This document shows positions 1 through 11,000 of a DNA stretch of 64,000 bases, one piece after another; position 1 is the stretch's first letter, and each line of letters opens with the position of its first letter. The stretch spans positions 8,853 to 72,852 of the IMG/VR virus record IMGVR_UViG_3300037400_003271; one strand, written 5' to 3'. The DNA comes from a virus (taxonomy: Duplodnaviria > Caudoviricetes). The notes below the pieces were generated by a model, which was given only the letters and a program-made list of their open reading frames with translations, was not told the origin of the DNA and did no database searches. The position numbers and the translations under genes are program-made.

Positions 1-25
1 GCGGGCGTTACTGCCCGCCCTTTTT
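1..25 (+). terminator. intrinsic terminator upstream of tail chaperone gene
   Basis: GCGGGC-GTTACT-GCCCGC hairpin followed by CCTTTTT. Confidence 0.6.
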
Positions 26-38
26 CAAATAAAACCGT

Positions 39-566
39 ATGGAGAAAACCGAAAAGTTTTTGGAGGGCGCGTACAGGACGATCACCGGAGAGAAGACTCT
101 GGTCGTCGTTGGGCGCCGGAAATACAGGGTGCGCCAGGTCGCTCAGGCCGTAAAGGAGAAGATCGTACTGCTTGAGCAGCAGTGCGGGATCCTCGAGGAG
201 AAAGGCAAGGCTGGCGTGCCGCAGAGAGAAGCGAAGAAGATCACCAAGAAGTTGTACTCGCTCCACTCCAAGGAGGCCGCATACTACCTCCTCGGGAACT
301 GGGCGCTGTTTGTGCCCGGGCTCTGGGCAATCCGCTGGAGGCTCCTGCAGTTGGCCGGCAATGAAACGACATTCAAGATCAACGAGGCGGGAGTCGTGAA
401 TGCAGATCTGGGTTTTTCCAAGGCCAACTGGGATATCTCAAGGCAGGTACGCGAGCTTTATATGAGACCGGTTGGCGAAGTCGCCAAGCAGGCGCAAGAG
501 CGAGTGGAGACAGTGTTAAATATGCTGGAGACGGACGCTTTGGGGATAAAGGAGGAAAGCAAGTAG
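39..566 (+). CDS. putative tail assembly chaperone (gpG-like)
   Basis: 175-aa ORF two genes upstream of tape measure; positional inference. Confidence 0.6.
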   Translation: MEKTEKFLEGAYRTITGEKTLVVVGRRKYRVRQVAQAVKEKIVLLEQQCGILEEKGKAGVPQREAKKITKKLYSLHSKEAAYYLLGNWALFVPGLWAIRWRLLQLAGNETTFKINEAGVVNADLGFSKANWDISRQVRELYMRPVGEVAKQAQERVETVLNMLETDALGIKEESK

Positions 567-610
567 GATCTGCTTTCTGGATCTCCGAGCATAACGAGCG
601 AATCAAGTAT

Positions 611-892
611 GTGTACGGCAACTACTGCTGGTGGTCCTGGTTTCGCTACTTCTATTTGGATTCGTGCAATCTTGTCACGATGATGCTGGTTGACAAGGGC
701 TACTACGACTATGACTTCGAAAATACGAAGGCTCCGGTGAGTAAAGTCACATACAACTGGGAGGATACGATAAAATCAGACGAAGAGGTCGACGGCATTT
801 TGGCGATGTTTGGTATGAGCGCAAAAAGGACGAAGCCGAAGACCGACGAGGAGATACAAAGTTACATTCTAAAACAAATGGAGGAACAGTAA
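611..892 (+). CDS. putative tail assembly chaperone C-terminal ORF (gpT-like), probably reached by -1 frameshift
   Basis: -1 frame relative to 39..566, open from 365 to 892, weak GTG start, stops 1 nt before tape measure ATG. Confidence 0.55.
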   Translation: MYGNYCWWSWFRYFYLDSCNLVTMMLVDKGYYDYDFENTKAPVSKVTYNWEDTIKSDEEVDGILAMFGMSAKRTKPKTDEEIQSYILKQMEEQ

Positions 893-893
893 T

Positions 894-3800
894 ATGGCAG
901 TAGAAATTCCGGTAGTTATTGATATAGACAAGGCGTTTGAGGACGCCGCGAAGAGTGTTGATTCTGCTATCAAGCCACTTCAAAGAAAAATTTCGGCGAA
1001 CACGCTTAAGCTCAAAATTCAAATCGGCGTCGATGACGAAGGGCACGCAGTAACGACTACATTCAAAAAGATTAAGGACGGCTCTATTCACGAGCTTTCC
1101 ACTCTCCAGAACGCCATTTCAAGCGTAAAGATGGCGATGATTTCTGCGGCCGAGGCGGGAGACAAGGCGAAATTCACATCTCTTCTCGAGGCAAAGACCT
1201 ATTTGGAAGATATGGTGAGGGCCTCGGAGGTGCTTCGCCTCGATATGGATGGCATCGCGAAGACAATGGCGGGGCTTAATGCCAGGATGTCTGCCGCAAG
1301 AGAGACATTTGCGAACACCAGAATCAACAGCGCGGACTGGCGTGCGGCCGCGAGGGAGATCCAGAAAGTCACGGCCGAGATGGACAAGGCCCAGCGAAAA
1401 GTCGCAGAAATGGGGACGAAGGCGGGCAGCATCGATCGGCTGAATATGAAAATCAGCGAATTGCGTGACAAGTGGAACGCAATGAGCCGCGCGCAGAAGT
1501 TCGATGCGGACGGGAACTTGAAAGCCTCGGCGAGAAGGGTCGTCGAGCAATACAAGAAGGTTTCAGAGGAGGCGGCCAAATTTGGTCAATCGCTGGAGGC
1601 GACCGCGCGCGGCGCGAACAATGAGACGAAGAAACTCGAGAAGAATGTTCGTAATGTCAACAGAGAACTCGAGCAGTCGGAGTCGAAACTGGCGATGTTG
1701 GTAAAGAACTCTCTTCGCCTGCTCGCCATTCATTCCGCAGGCACGTTTGTCAGAAATATCCGAGAGGTAACGTCCGAGTTCGAACTGCAAAGGGTAGCCC
1801 TCGCGTCAATCATTCAGGACACGGAAAAAGCAGAATCTCTGTTCAAGCAAATCAAGGCTGCTGCGGTGGAGTCTCCGTTCCAGATCAAGGAACTTGTGAC
1901 GTATACAAAGCAGCTCTCCGCGTATCAGATAGAAACAGAGAAACTGTTCGACACGACCCAGAAGCTCGCCGACATTTCCGCCGGTCTCGGCGTTGATATG
2001 GGCCGACTCATCCTGGCTTTTGGACAGGTGCGCGCCGCGGCCGTACTCCGCGGCCAGGAGCTCAGGCAGTTCACGGAAGCCGGCATACCGTTGGTGGAAC
2101 GCCTCGCTGACAAATTCACCGAGCTTAACGGGAGGATCGTGTCTACGTCGGAGGTCTTTGAACTCATATCCAAGCGGGCTGTTCCGTTTGCTATGATCGA
2201 GGAGATCTTCAATGACCTCACCAGCGCTGGCGGCGCCTTCTACCAGATGCAGGAGAAGCAGGCAGAGACGTTGCTCGGCCAGTGGAACAACCTTAAGGAC
2301 TCGATCAGCATTATGTATGACGAGATCGGAAATACAAAGGCGGTTCACTCTGCGATGGAGGGCCTTATTTCCGATGCGAAGAAAATAATGCAGAACTGGA
2401 GGAGCGTAGCCACGATTATTAAGTTTGTCGGGACGCAGTATGTCTTTCTGAAAATTGCCTCGGCGTTTCTCCCGACGCTTACATACAATACGAAGATGCT
2501 CGAGAAGGCCGAGCTTGCCGAAGCGAGAGCGAAGCAACTATCGAACGCTGCGCACAGGTCCGGAAACAAGATCCTTGACATGTCAGCAAAGTCTACCAAG
2601 GCATACGCTTTATACACGCTCAAGGCAGCCAGGTCCGCCACGCAGTTTGGCCGCGCCATAAACGGAATAAAGGCTTTTTTGTCTGGCAACTGGGTTGCGA
2701 TACTCATATCCGCGCTTACCCTGTTGGCAGCCAAGTTCGTTGCTGCGAGGAAAGAAGCGAACAGGCTGAACGAAGAGCTCTCGAAGATAGAAGGGGAAGG
2801 CGTTACGAAAATAGAGCAGTCCATCAGGAATTTCTCCCGGCTCGCGGACGCAGCTGTCAAATCAATAGACGGGACAAAAGAACAGCGCGAGGCCGTTGAT
2901 GAACTCGTTAGGACCTACGGCGACCTGCTTCCTCCGGCCGACAAGGTCGTAGACAAACTGCGTGAGATGAACGGCGAATACAAGGACCTGACAGACGCGA
3001 TCCGGCACAAGATTGACCTTCAGATACAGGAGCAGAAGGTTGAGGAGATTCTCTCGGAGTTCGGCACGAAGATTGGCGGTAAACGGGATTCTCTGAAGAA
3101 GATACTCAAAGAGCAGGGGTTCACCAGCGCGGAGGTCTCCGGGATTATGTCGGAAGTAGAGAGCGCGGTGAAAGAAGGACTCGTATCCACCGAGATGGAT
3201 GTAGCCGCTCAGGCTAAAGCCATCGAGGGTATAATTAAGGACTATACCGGGAAATACATCAAGCTGACGGAATCCGCATACGCGTCTGTCGCCGGCACGA
3301 ACCAGAAGGTTTACCAGGGCGAGCGCTCGACGAAACTTTCAAGGACGTTCTCCGATCTCATCAAGCTCTTCGGCGATATGAACGGGAAGATTCAGGAGGT
3401 CGAGGAATCTATGGAAGATGGCGGTGGCGTGCTCGGGAAATATGCAAAAGAGTGGAAAGACCTCAAGGAGGAGATCTCTCAGATGCCGATGACCGGCGAT
3501 ACGCGGTTCGAGCAGAACGAGTCGAAAATTGAGAACTATGTCAGCAAGGCGGTCTCTTTTATGGAAGAGAAGTTCAGGGCTGCCGAGATCGACGTCTCTG
3601 GCGCGTTTGACGCCAACAAGATCGATTTCGATGTTCTCACGCAGCTCGTCGAAAACATCAAGGACAAGGAGGCGCAGGCTTCCATGCGTACGATCATAAA
3701 AGACTTCAAGAAAGAGTACGACAAGTTGGTTCCAGACGATGTGATCGTAGATTTGGTAAAAAGCAAATTCAAGGAGATCTCGGAGAACACGGGAATATCT

Positions 3801-6632
3801 TTGGATAAGTTCACCTCATACGTCAAGAAGGCTGGAGATGACAACAAGGAGTACATTGAGAATCTCGGAGATAGCATAAAGAAGTTCCGCGACGACGCAG
3901 AGTCTCTGCAGGAGGCGATGAAGATATTCCCCGAATCCGACACAGAGCGAAACCGGAAGAAGGTTAAAGAGTACACCGATATGGCGAACTCGCTCCAGAT
4001 TGTGTACGACTTATTGGTCGGGATAATCAATTTGAACACGAGCGGAGGAGGAACATACAAGCAGGATCCGTTTATCAAGAACATGCAGGACCGCATAAAG
4101 TTTATGCAGGACTTCAAGAAGGGGTATGACAGCCTGAATAAGTACATGACAAGTAGCGGCGCGCTGGCTCGGCAGTTTGACATTATGCAGTCCCGCGGCC
4201 TGTCTATTGGCATTGACCCTGCAGAGCAGAAGCGCGCGGCCGGAGAACTTTCCGCCTGGTATGAAGACGCAATCAACGAAGCCTTTGAAGAGGCAAAGAA
4301 ACACGGCGCGTCTGGTAGCATCACGGCGTTTATGAGCAAGCAGATTGAGGACAATACAAACCGCGGGAAGATGTTGAAGAGCTTCCAGGACCTCATTCAC
4401 TCCCTTTGGGACGCGAAGACCGACTTCGATACCAGTCAGCTCAAGAAGGATCTTGAGGATGCGCTGAAGCGCGTCACAGAAGAGGTGAAGCGGTCAGACA
4501 CGGCTCGAAACTTATTCCAGAACATCCTCGACTTAACCGGAGACGAGGAGGTGTCCAGGAGCATCACGCTAAGCGTTTACGGAGAGCCTGGAGTGGATTT
4601 TAAAGGCTCTCTCCAGAAGCAGCTCGACGCCGCATTTATGTCTCTCGACTGGTCTGAGCTTCCGGATGATATCTGGGGGCAGCTTTCTACGGCCATCGCT
4701 TCGCAGGACTTCGATACAATTATCGGGTATATCGGCCTCTTCCCGACCGCGTGGCAAGATGCCATTAAGCAGATGAAGGCGGATAATGAAAAGTTCAACG
4801 CGAGCTGGGTGTCCGACATTCTCAAAACCTATCAGAAGACAAAGTCTTTCGAGGAAAGAATGACCGACGTGCGAAAGCGTGAGGAGCAGAAGCGCAAAGA
4901 AATCGCCGAGAGCAAAACTCTTGGCGACGAGGAGAAGGCGGCTCTTATTGCGGCCTCCAACAGAAAAGAGGCGGAAGACATTGCTTCTATCCAGGTCGAA
5001 GCACTGAAGGCCACATACGAGTGGACGAAGGCATTCGAAGACCTTGACAGGGTCGGCAACAAGACGCTGACTGGTCTTCGTGATAAAATCGTAGCGCTTA
5101 TAGAGGCGGAGAGCGGCAACCTTACTGCAGAGGAACTCAAGACGCTCCGCCAGGAGCTCGAGAAGATCAACGATGTTCTCGCAGAGAGAGACCCGTTCTC
5201 GGCGATTGTGTCCGGCGGGAACAGAATGCTGCTTATCATGCGGGCAATGAAGCAGAGCAAGGGTACCGAAGCATACTCGGAGGCCATCGCGAAGATTAAG
5301 CAGTTTAACGAGACCGCGAAAGATTCAGACAAGATTGACATCGATCACCTCGAAGACTCCTTCCGGGACGCGAACAAGGATCTCGAGAAGGGAATTAGCG
5401 GCGTGGCAGACTATCTATCTGCTTGGAAGAGCGTGGTCGACACGGTGTCTGATGCGTTCAACCTCGACGAGGTTCCCGTCCTGGGCGAGACGCTTGAAGG
5501 CGTCTCGGATGCCCTGTCTTTCGTCGCGTCCATCCTGCCCGTAATCATCACGCTGAACGGCATCCTGAACGGGACCCTGATGATGAACCCGATCATCGCC
5601 GCTGGCGCTGGCATTGTCGCTATTGTCGGGGCGATTGTCGGCCTCGTGAAGGGCCTCGTGAACGCAAAGGTGGAGCGACTGAACAAAAAGATAGAGGAAC
5701 AGGAGAAACTGATTGACAGCCTCGAGCGGTCGTATGACCGCCTCGATTCTGCGATCGAGAAAGCCTTCGGCTCCGACTACATCTACAACTACACGAAGCA
5801 GCTTGAGATCCTCGCCGCGAAGCAGGCCGCCTACGAGGAGCAGGCCCGCCTTGAGAGCGAGAAGGGCAAGAAGGCGGACAAGGACAAGATCGAGGACTAC
5901 ACGAACGCGGCTCGGGACGCTGAAGACGCCATTGCGGATATGAAGGGCCAGCTCGCCGAGTTCTTCACGGATACCGATGTAACGTCGGCGGCAACGGAAT
6001 TCGCGACCGCGTGGATTGACGCGTACAAGGAGTTCGGAAGCACGACTGACGCCATGAAGGAGAAGTTCAACGATATGGTCCAGTCAATGATCACGAAGTC
6101 TCTTGCCGCGAAGATAATGCAGTCCGTACTGCAGCCGCTCTTCGACCAGATCGACGAGATGGCCCAGTCCGGCGGCGAGCTCTCCGCACAGGAGATCGCC
6201 CAGATTGCTAACCTCGCCCCGGAGTACATCAACCAGATCAGCGACGCGATGAACTCGCTAATGGCACAGATGTCTGCAGCTGGGTATAACCTGCGACAGC
6301 GGGTTGGAGGTTTCACCGGCATCAAGCGCGACATCGCCAACGCCAGCGAGGAGTCCATTAACGGGCTGGCTACTGGAATCAACACGCAGAACTTCTATAT
6401 GCAGCTGATCAGCCAGAACGTGGCGGCCATCCTTGCCGTATTGACCGGCAGCGCGGAGGTCTCCGGCCCCGCGGGCGCCGCGGCCGTCACGGACCCGTAC
6501 AAGGACCAGATGCTGCAGTATGTCAGCGCGCTTCCGCAGATGCGCGACGACATAGCCGCGATGCGTTCGATGTGGGAGAAGGTAATCCGGCCTAACGGCA
6601 CGAGCGCTACGCATTATGTGTCTACGAGATAA
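894..6632 (+). CDS. tail tape measure protein
   Basis: 1912 aa, helical Ala/Lys/Glu-rich; tape-measure-like segment (GLGVDMGRLILAFGQVRAAAVLRGQELRQFTEAGIP); hydrophobic stretches. Confidence 0.9.
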   Translation: MAVEIPVVIDIDKAFEDAAKSVDSAIKPLQRKISANTLKLKIQIGVDDEGHAVTTTFKKIKDGSIHELSTLQNAISSVKMAMISAAEAGDKAKFTSLLEAKTYLEDMVRASEVLRLDMDGIAKTMAGLNARMSAARETFANTRINSADWRAAAREIQKVTAEMDKAQRKVAEMGTKAGSIDRLNMKISELRDKWNAMSRAQKFDADGNLKASARRVVEQYKKVSEEAAKFGQSLEATARGANNETKKLEKNVRNVNRELEQSESKLAMLVKNSLRLLAIHSAGTFVRNIREVTSEFELQRVALASIIQDTEKAESLFKQIKAAAVESPFQIKELVTYTKQLSAYQIETEKLFDTTQKLADISAGLGVDMGRLILAFGQVRAAAVLRGQELRQFTEAGIPLVERLADKFTELNGRIVSTSEVFELISKRAVPFAMIEEIFNDLTSAGGAFYQMQEKQAETLLGQWNNLKDSISIMYDEIGNTKAVHSAMEGLISDAKKIMQNWRSVATIIKFVGTQYVFLKIASAFLPTLTYNTKMLEKAELAEARAKQLSNAAHRSGNKILDMSAKSTKAYALYTLKAARSATQFGRAINGIKAFLSGNWVAILISALTLLAAKFVAARKEANRLNEELSKIEGEGVTKIEQSIRNFSRLADAAVKSIDGTKEQREAVDELVRTYGDLLPPADKVVDKLREMNGEYKDLTDAIRHKIDLQIQEQKVEEILSEFGTKIGGKRDSLKKILKEQGFTSAEVSGIMSEVESAVKEGLVSTEMDVAAQAKAIEGIIKDYTGKYIKLTESAYASVAGTNQKVYQGERSTKLSRTFSDLIKLFGDMNGKIQEVEESMEDGGGVLGKYAKEWKDLKEEISQMPMTGDTRFEQNESKIENYVSKAVSFMEEKFRAAEIDVSGAFDANKIDFDVLTQLVENIKDKEAQASMRTIIKDFKKEYDKLVPDDVIVDLVKSKFKEISENTGISLDKFTSYVKKAGDDNKEYIENLGDSIKKFRDDAESLQEAMKIFPESDTERNRKKVKEYTDMANSLQIVYDLLVGIINLNTSGGGTYKQDPFIKNMQDRIKFMQDFKKGYDSLNKYMTSSGALARQFDIMQSRGLSIGIDPAEQKRAAGELSAWYEDAINEAFEEAKKHGASGSITAFMSKQIEDNTNRGKMLKSFQDLIHSLWDAKTDFDTSQLKKDLEDALKRVTEEVKRSDTARNLFQNILDLTGDEEVSRSITLSVYGEPGVDFKGSLQKQLDAAFMSLDWSELPDDIWGQLSTAIASQDFDTIIGYIGLFPTAWQDAIKQMKADNEKFNASWVSDILKTYQKTKSFEERMTDVRKREEQKRKEIAESKTLGDEEKAALIAASNRKEAEDIASIQVEALKATYEWTKAFEDLDRVGNKTLTGLRDKIVALIEAESGNLTAEELKTLRQELEKINDVLAERDPFSAIVSGGNRMLLIMRAMKQSKGTEAYSEAIAKIKQFNETAKDSDKIDIDHLEDSFRDANKDLEKGISGVADYLSAWKSVVDTVSDAFNLDEVPVLGETLEGVSDALSFVASILPVIITLNGILNGTLMMNPIIAAGAGIVAIVGAIVGLVKGLVNAKVERLNKKIEEQEKLIDSLERSYDRLDSAIEKAFGSDYIYNYTKQLEILAAKQAAYEEQARLESEKGKKADKDKIEDYTNAARDAEDAIADMKGQLAEFFTDTDVTSAATEFATAWIDAYKEFGSTTDAMKEKFNDMVQSMITKSLAAKIMQSVLQPLFDQIDEMAQSGGELSAQEIAQIANLAPEYINQISDAMNSLMAQMSAAGYNLRQRVGGFTGIKRDIANASEESINGLATGINTQNFYMQLISQNVAAILAVLTGSAEVSGPAGAAAVTDPYKDQMLQYVSALPQMRDDIAAMRSMWEKVIRPNGTSATHYVSTR

Positions 6633-6699
6633 CAATTTGGCACGAAATTTGGTGTCTTTCGCATAATCTCTCAGGCATTACGTTTTTTTTCTCCGGCAG

Positions 6700-6732
6700 T
6701 TGTGAAATTCCCGGAGAAATTTTTTATATTTG
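6700..6732 (+). promoter_or_regulatory. Bacteroidetes sigma70-type promoter
   Basis: TATATTTG (6725-6732) matches TAnnTTTG; TTG at 6700; ATG at 6742. Confidence 0.6.
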
Positions 6733-6741
6733 CGATGTATC

Positions 6742-7233
6742 ATGGAACAGGACTGGAAAAGACAACTCCGCCGCGAGGCTTCTGCGCACGGTATGTGCCG
6801 AGAAAACAGGGACGCTCTTGACCGCATTGAGGACAAGGGCTCCGCTATCAGCCTCTACAAGAAGACCATTGACTGGGCCCTGGAGGTCGGATACCCGAGT
6901 TTCAGCACGCTCCAACGGTATTTCTCCGACTGCGGTAACTACGGCGTGTTCGTGAACCGCGAGTTCCACGGAGAGATTCTCAACGACCAGAAAGTTTATG
7001 TTTTCCATCACTGCTCCGGATGGGTCCGCGTCGGCTTGAATGTCGCGAAGCGGATCATCCCGATGCTCTATTTCGCGAACGGGTGCGATATGGTCCTGCG
7101 CCCGTCCGGCCCGTCCGACCACGATGTCCGCGTTCCGCTGTATGTCTTCGGCGAGAACCTTATCAAGCCTGACGCTTCCGGCGATGTCGTTTTTAAAACC
7201 TATAAATTTGATGTGAAAAATGGAAGAGACTAA
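6742..7233 (+). CDS. hypothetical phage protein
   Basis: ORF; ATG 6742 chosen downstream of promoter. Confidence 0.7.
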   Translation: MEQDWKRQLRREASAHGMCRENRDALDRIEDKGSAISLYKKTIDWALEVGYPSFSTLQRYFSDCGNYGVFVNREFHGEILNDQKVYVFHHCSGWVRVGLNVAKRIIPMLYFANGCDMVLRPSGPSDHDVRVPLYVFGENLIKPDASGDVVFKTYKFDVKNGRD

Positions 7234-7594
7234 TGTGCTCATAGAGATCCTGGAAAAGGTCGGGATACCGGTTCTCACGCTTATTGGCGGATGGTTTGGT
7301 GGAATTTTCCGCACGAAACAAAAAAAAGAGCAGGACATACTCACCAATGTTACGCAAATTTTGGATATGCAGAAAAGCTACATAGCAGACCAGGACGCGG
7401 AGAACAAGAAGACAAGAGATATGAACATCCGCCTCGAGCGGAAACTGGACGACAAGCGAGAGTCCATCCGCCAGGCGAATAAGTGCAAACACACGGCTGA
7501 AGACGGAGGGTGCCCGGTGCTGAACCACGAGGACTACCTTGACGAGAAGTGTAAGACATGCAGTTACAAGGACAATGTTGCACGCAAGAATTAA
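7220..7594 (+). CDS. single-TM coiled-coil membrane protein (holin-like candidate)
   Basis: N-terminal hydrophobic segment VGIPVLTLIGGWFGG then coiled coil and Cys-containing tail. Confidence 0.5.
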   Translation: MEETNVLIEILEKVGIPVLTLIGGWFGGIFRTKQKKEQDILTNVTQILDMQKSYIADQDAENKKTRDMNIRLERKLDDKRESIRQANKCKHTAEDGGCPVLNHEDYLDEKCKTCSYKDNVARKN

Positions 7595-8075
7595 AATAGT
7601 TGGCACACACACAGACCCTGTCGACACGACGACCTACGGACTGGTTTACCTGGATTCTGACAAGGTTACAGGTGCTCCGTCCAAGGGCTTCGAGTCTACG
7701 TCCTATCCAGAAGAGGAAGGCGAGCACATCATACCGAAGACCGTAGATGCGGCCTTCGACTACAAGGCGAAGTTCTTTATACGCGCCACCTCGCTGAAGG
7801 ACGCGAACGCGCTCATCAAGGAATTCAACGCCGCCCTGTACACGCAGGAGCAGGGGAGCGACGTGAAGACCTACAAGCAGGTGGAGTTCTACAACGACTA
7901 CAAGAGGCATAAGGTGGTCGGATACCCGCAGCCTATCGCAGAGGCCACCGACTTCTGGCGTGACACGAAGAATCAAGTCAACGATGTCGTTGTTGTCGAG
8001 TGGATCATTAGGGTAAACCAGCCGAGCCTCTGCGACTTCGCGCTTAGCGCATCCGCAGGCGCCGGCCAAAGCTAA
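7575..8075 (+). CDS. putative distal tail protein
   Basis: MLHARIKIVG start; between tape measure and large tail protein; beta-rich. Confidence 0.5.
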   Translation: MLHARIKIVGTHTDPVDTTTYGLVYLDSDKVTGAPSKGFESTSYPEEEGEHIIPKTVDAAFDYKAKFFIRATSLKDANALIKEFNAALYTQEQGSDVKTYKQVEFYNDYKRHKVVGYPQPIAEATDFWRDTKNQVNDVVVVEWIIRVNQPSLCDFALSASAGAGQS

Positions 8076-8081
8076 TAGAAA

Positions 8082-11000
8082 ATGATACCGGCCATCACAG
8101 AAGTCAATTTTCCGTCCTACGCGACTTTACATCAGGCAACCGTATCCCTTCAGGATATGGGTGACCGCGTTATTACCACGCAGGTCCGCATTGACGGAGA
8201 CATTGTTCCAGACTTCTCCGGCTGGGAGCTCAGATTCAAGGGCGAGCGTTTCGTCCTCCCGAGCGACAACCCGCAGGCGTCGAAAGACAACACTACAAGG
8301 AATTCTATTGTCGACCTGCAGTTCCAGTCATGGGCTATACAGGAGCTGAAGCGCTATTACTTCTTCGAGGCCGCTTCGGTTTCTGCCGGCGTGGCGATCG
8401 CCGATAAGTATATCGCTCCTGTCCGGTTGAACGTCGAGGACTTTGTCGCGTTGCTGAATCAGGTCCTGCAGTATTACTTCGGCGGGAAGATCGTGGCCGA
8501 CCTGTATCTTTCAGGAACCGGCATCTATTCGCAGGAGCCGAAGGCCATAGACATCAACTACTCTTACCTGTGGGATGTCATCGGGAAGATTTTCGAGATC
8601 TACGGCGTGCGAAACAGGATCGAGTACGACGCGTCCAGCGACGTGTACACGATTAAGATCAACTATCCGGCGCCGGAGATTTCCGACCACGATTTCGAGT
8701 ACGGCTACCAGGGCGGATTGCTGAAGTTTGAGCGTCAGGTCCAGGACGAAAGTTTGTCGAACATCCTGCTTGGCCGCGGAGGTACGAAGAACCTGCCGTA
8801 CAGATATTTCAAGAAGGTCGACCCGCAGAACCAGGAATGGGCCGCAGATCCGGACGCCATCCCTGAACTTGCCAGCATTTACTTCGATCGGCTTCACGAC
8901 ATCAACTTCCGTTGGTATGTTCGCGGCTGGATGCACAACCCGAACCGCGATACGAGCGGTGACGAGGCGTGGGATCCCGGCCACGTGTTCCCGACATACG
9001 AGATCTCCTCCGACTCTCCGCACTACTGGGCCTACCAGAAGGGCCTGACTGACGAAACATTCTCGCCCGTTGAGTATGTCAAGGATGACGACTCGATCGC
9101 GGCATACGGAGAGCACTGGGGCGCGCTTGACGACAACGATGATGTGTACCCTACCATTCAGGGCCGCAGCCGTTCCGGTATCGGACGGATTGACGAGGTT
9201 GTCGCTGTATCTCCGATAATTACCGACGATATTGACGCTATGTCGGAGGCGGCCTCTATAGAAAAGAGTATAGACTCGCTTGTAGTAAGCGTATACGCCA
9301 ACAACAGGACCCAGTTTGAGATAGAGTCCAAACAGTTCACTATTCCGGCCGGGTCTGTCGGGAATATCACATATACTCCGCTGTCGAACGAGACGGTTTT
9401 CCCGAATTTCGTGAAGTACGACACGGAAAACACAAGACTTGTCGCGGTTCCTATAAGCGGCGGCGCCGAGATTCCCGCAACCGGAATCCCCGCTGGGACA
9501 TATCGATTGAAGTTGTATCTCGTCCTTTCGGTCGAAAGCCCCGCGTCTGTCGCGACCGGCGACTTTGGCATAGAGAACATCGTGCTCACGATGACAGCTC
9601 AGGACGAAAACGCCTGGAAGCCTACATTCGACATCTGGGTGAAGGACATCTGGGGGACGTCGCGGCAGCAGGGAGAGACAGACGAGCAATACTCCGAACG
9701 GGTCTGGGGGCCTATTCTCGGCGACCGCGCAGGAAACGAGGCGAAGGTGGCCTTTTCGACCGGCTTCATGGCATCGTCTTCCGACTACGAATTCGTGATT
9801 GCGTCCTATCCGGTTCCTGACACCTCGAAATCGATTGGCGGCGTCCAGTCCGCGTGGCGCATAACGCTTCGCAAATCCGACGCAGAGTTCGATGCTACGG
9901 GTCTGTATATCCCAAACGCGACAACAGGAGGGAAGCCTGTGGCTGGCGACAAATTCTTCTTCACCGGGATCGACATGCCGCACGCGTATGTGGAGATGGG
10001 AGAAGAGGAGCTCAGTACGGTAAAGTCCGGAGAACTGCAGGGCACGGCCACGGTAAACCCGACTTGGATAATATCTCTCGACAAGGTACGAGTCAACACG
10101 CTCGAGGCCGGAGAGTTTGGGCAGACGCTTGCCGACAGACTGGCCGCTGGCGCCAAGCTCCGGGTCACAGACCCGCGGTTCTCTGGCGGAGATGTGCTGA
10201 TTCTGCATGCGCAGTCCATCACATACACCTGGAACGAGCCGACGGACGACAGTCCGTACATCGTCCCGGATATTGAGGTCGTCCTGTCCGACAAGGTCGT
10301 GTCTCGAGAGAGCAGGCAGGACAAGATCGAGTCTTCTGTCGAGCAGATAAAGGCGCAGTACGCCAGGCTTGATGCCGTCGAGTCCGTAGTCAGAATGGTG
10401 GCCGAGCCGCTCTTCCTGAAAAAGACGGGCGAGAGCGATTCTTCGGCATCTCCGACCCAGTTCTCGAGCAAGGTGTCTTCTAAGGGCTTCCGGCAGGGCG
10501 GCGTAGGCGGCTCCGGCTGGGGATTCTATAAAGATAACACGGACGAACTCGCAGAGGGAGAAATCGGCGATGGGGATACCGTTCTCGAGGTTGACAGGAT
10601 GGTCGTCCGCAAGGGCCTTCAGGTGAACAGCCTCGTCGTGAATCAGGTTGAATACCGCGGTGGTATGGAGGTGATCTCTGCGGCAAAGATAGAGATCTCG
10701 AAAGTCATAGAGACCAATACTCGGTATATCTGCTATTTCGACCAGCGCAAGAACAGTATCGCGAACAACTTCCAAGTCGGCGACATTGCTTACGGGCAAG
10801 TCTTCACGCCGCAGAACGCAACGCTTCGCTACTACAAGTGCAAGGTCGAGGCGGTTGACATAGACCGCGTCGAACTCTCGAAGACGGTGAAGGACGGATC
10901 TGGCGTTCCTCAGGCCGGAGACATCATCGTCCAGTACGGCAGTTACACGGACGCCGCCCGCCAGTATGTCATCGTCCGTGATGTTATTGGCGGAGGCTAT

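Noticed and set aside
554-584. H-type pseudoknot after the TTTGGGG slippery site
   Set aside because: Loop GGATC could pair with GATCT, but the connecting loop would be 1 nt across an 8-bp stem; only the hairpin is retained.
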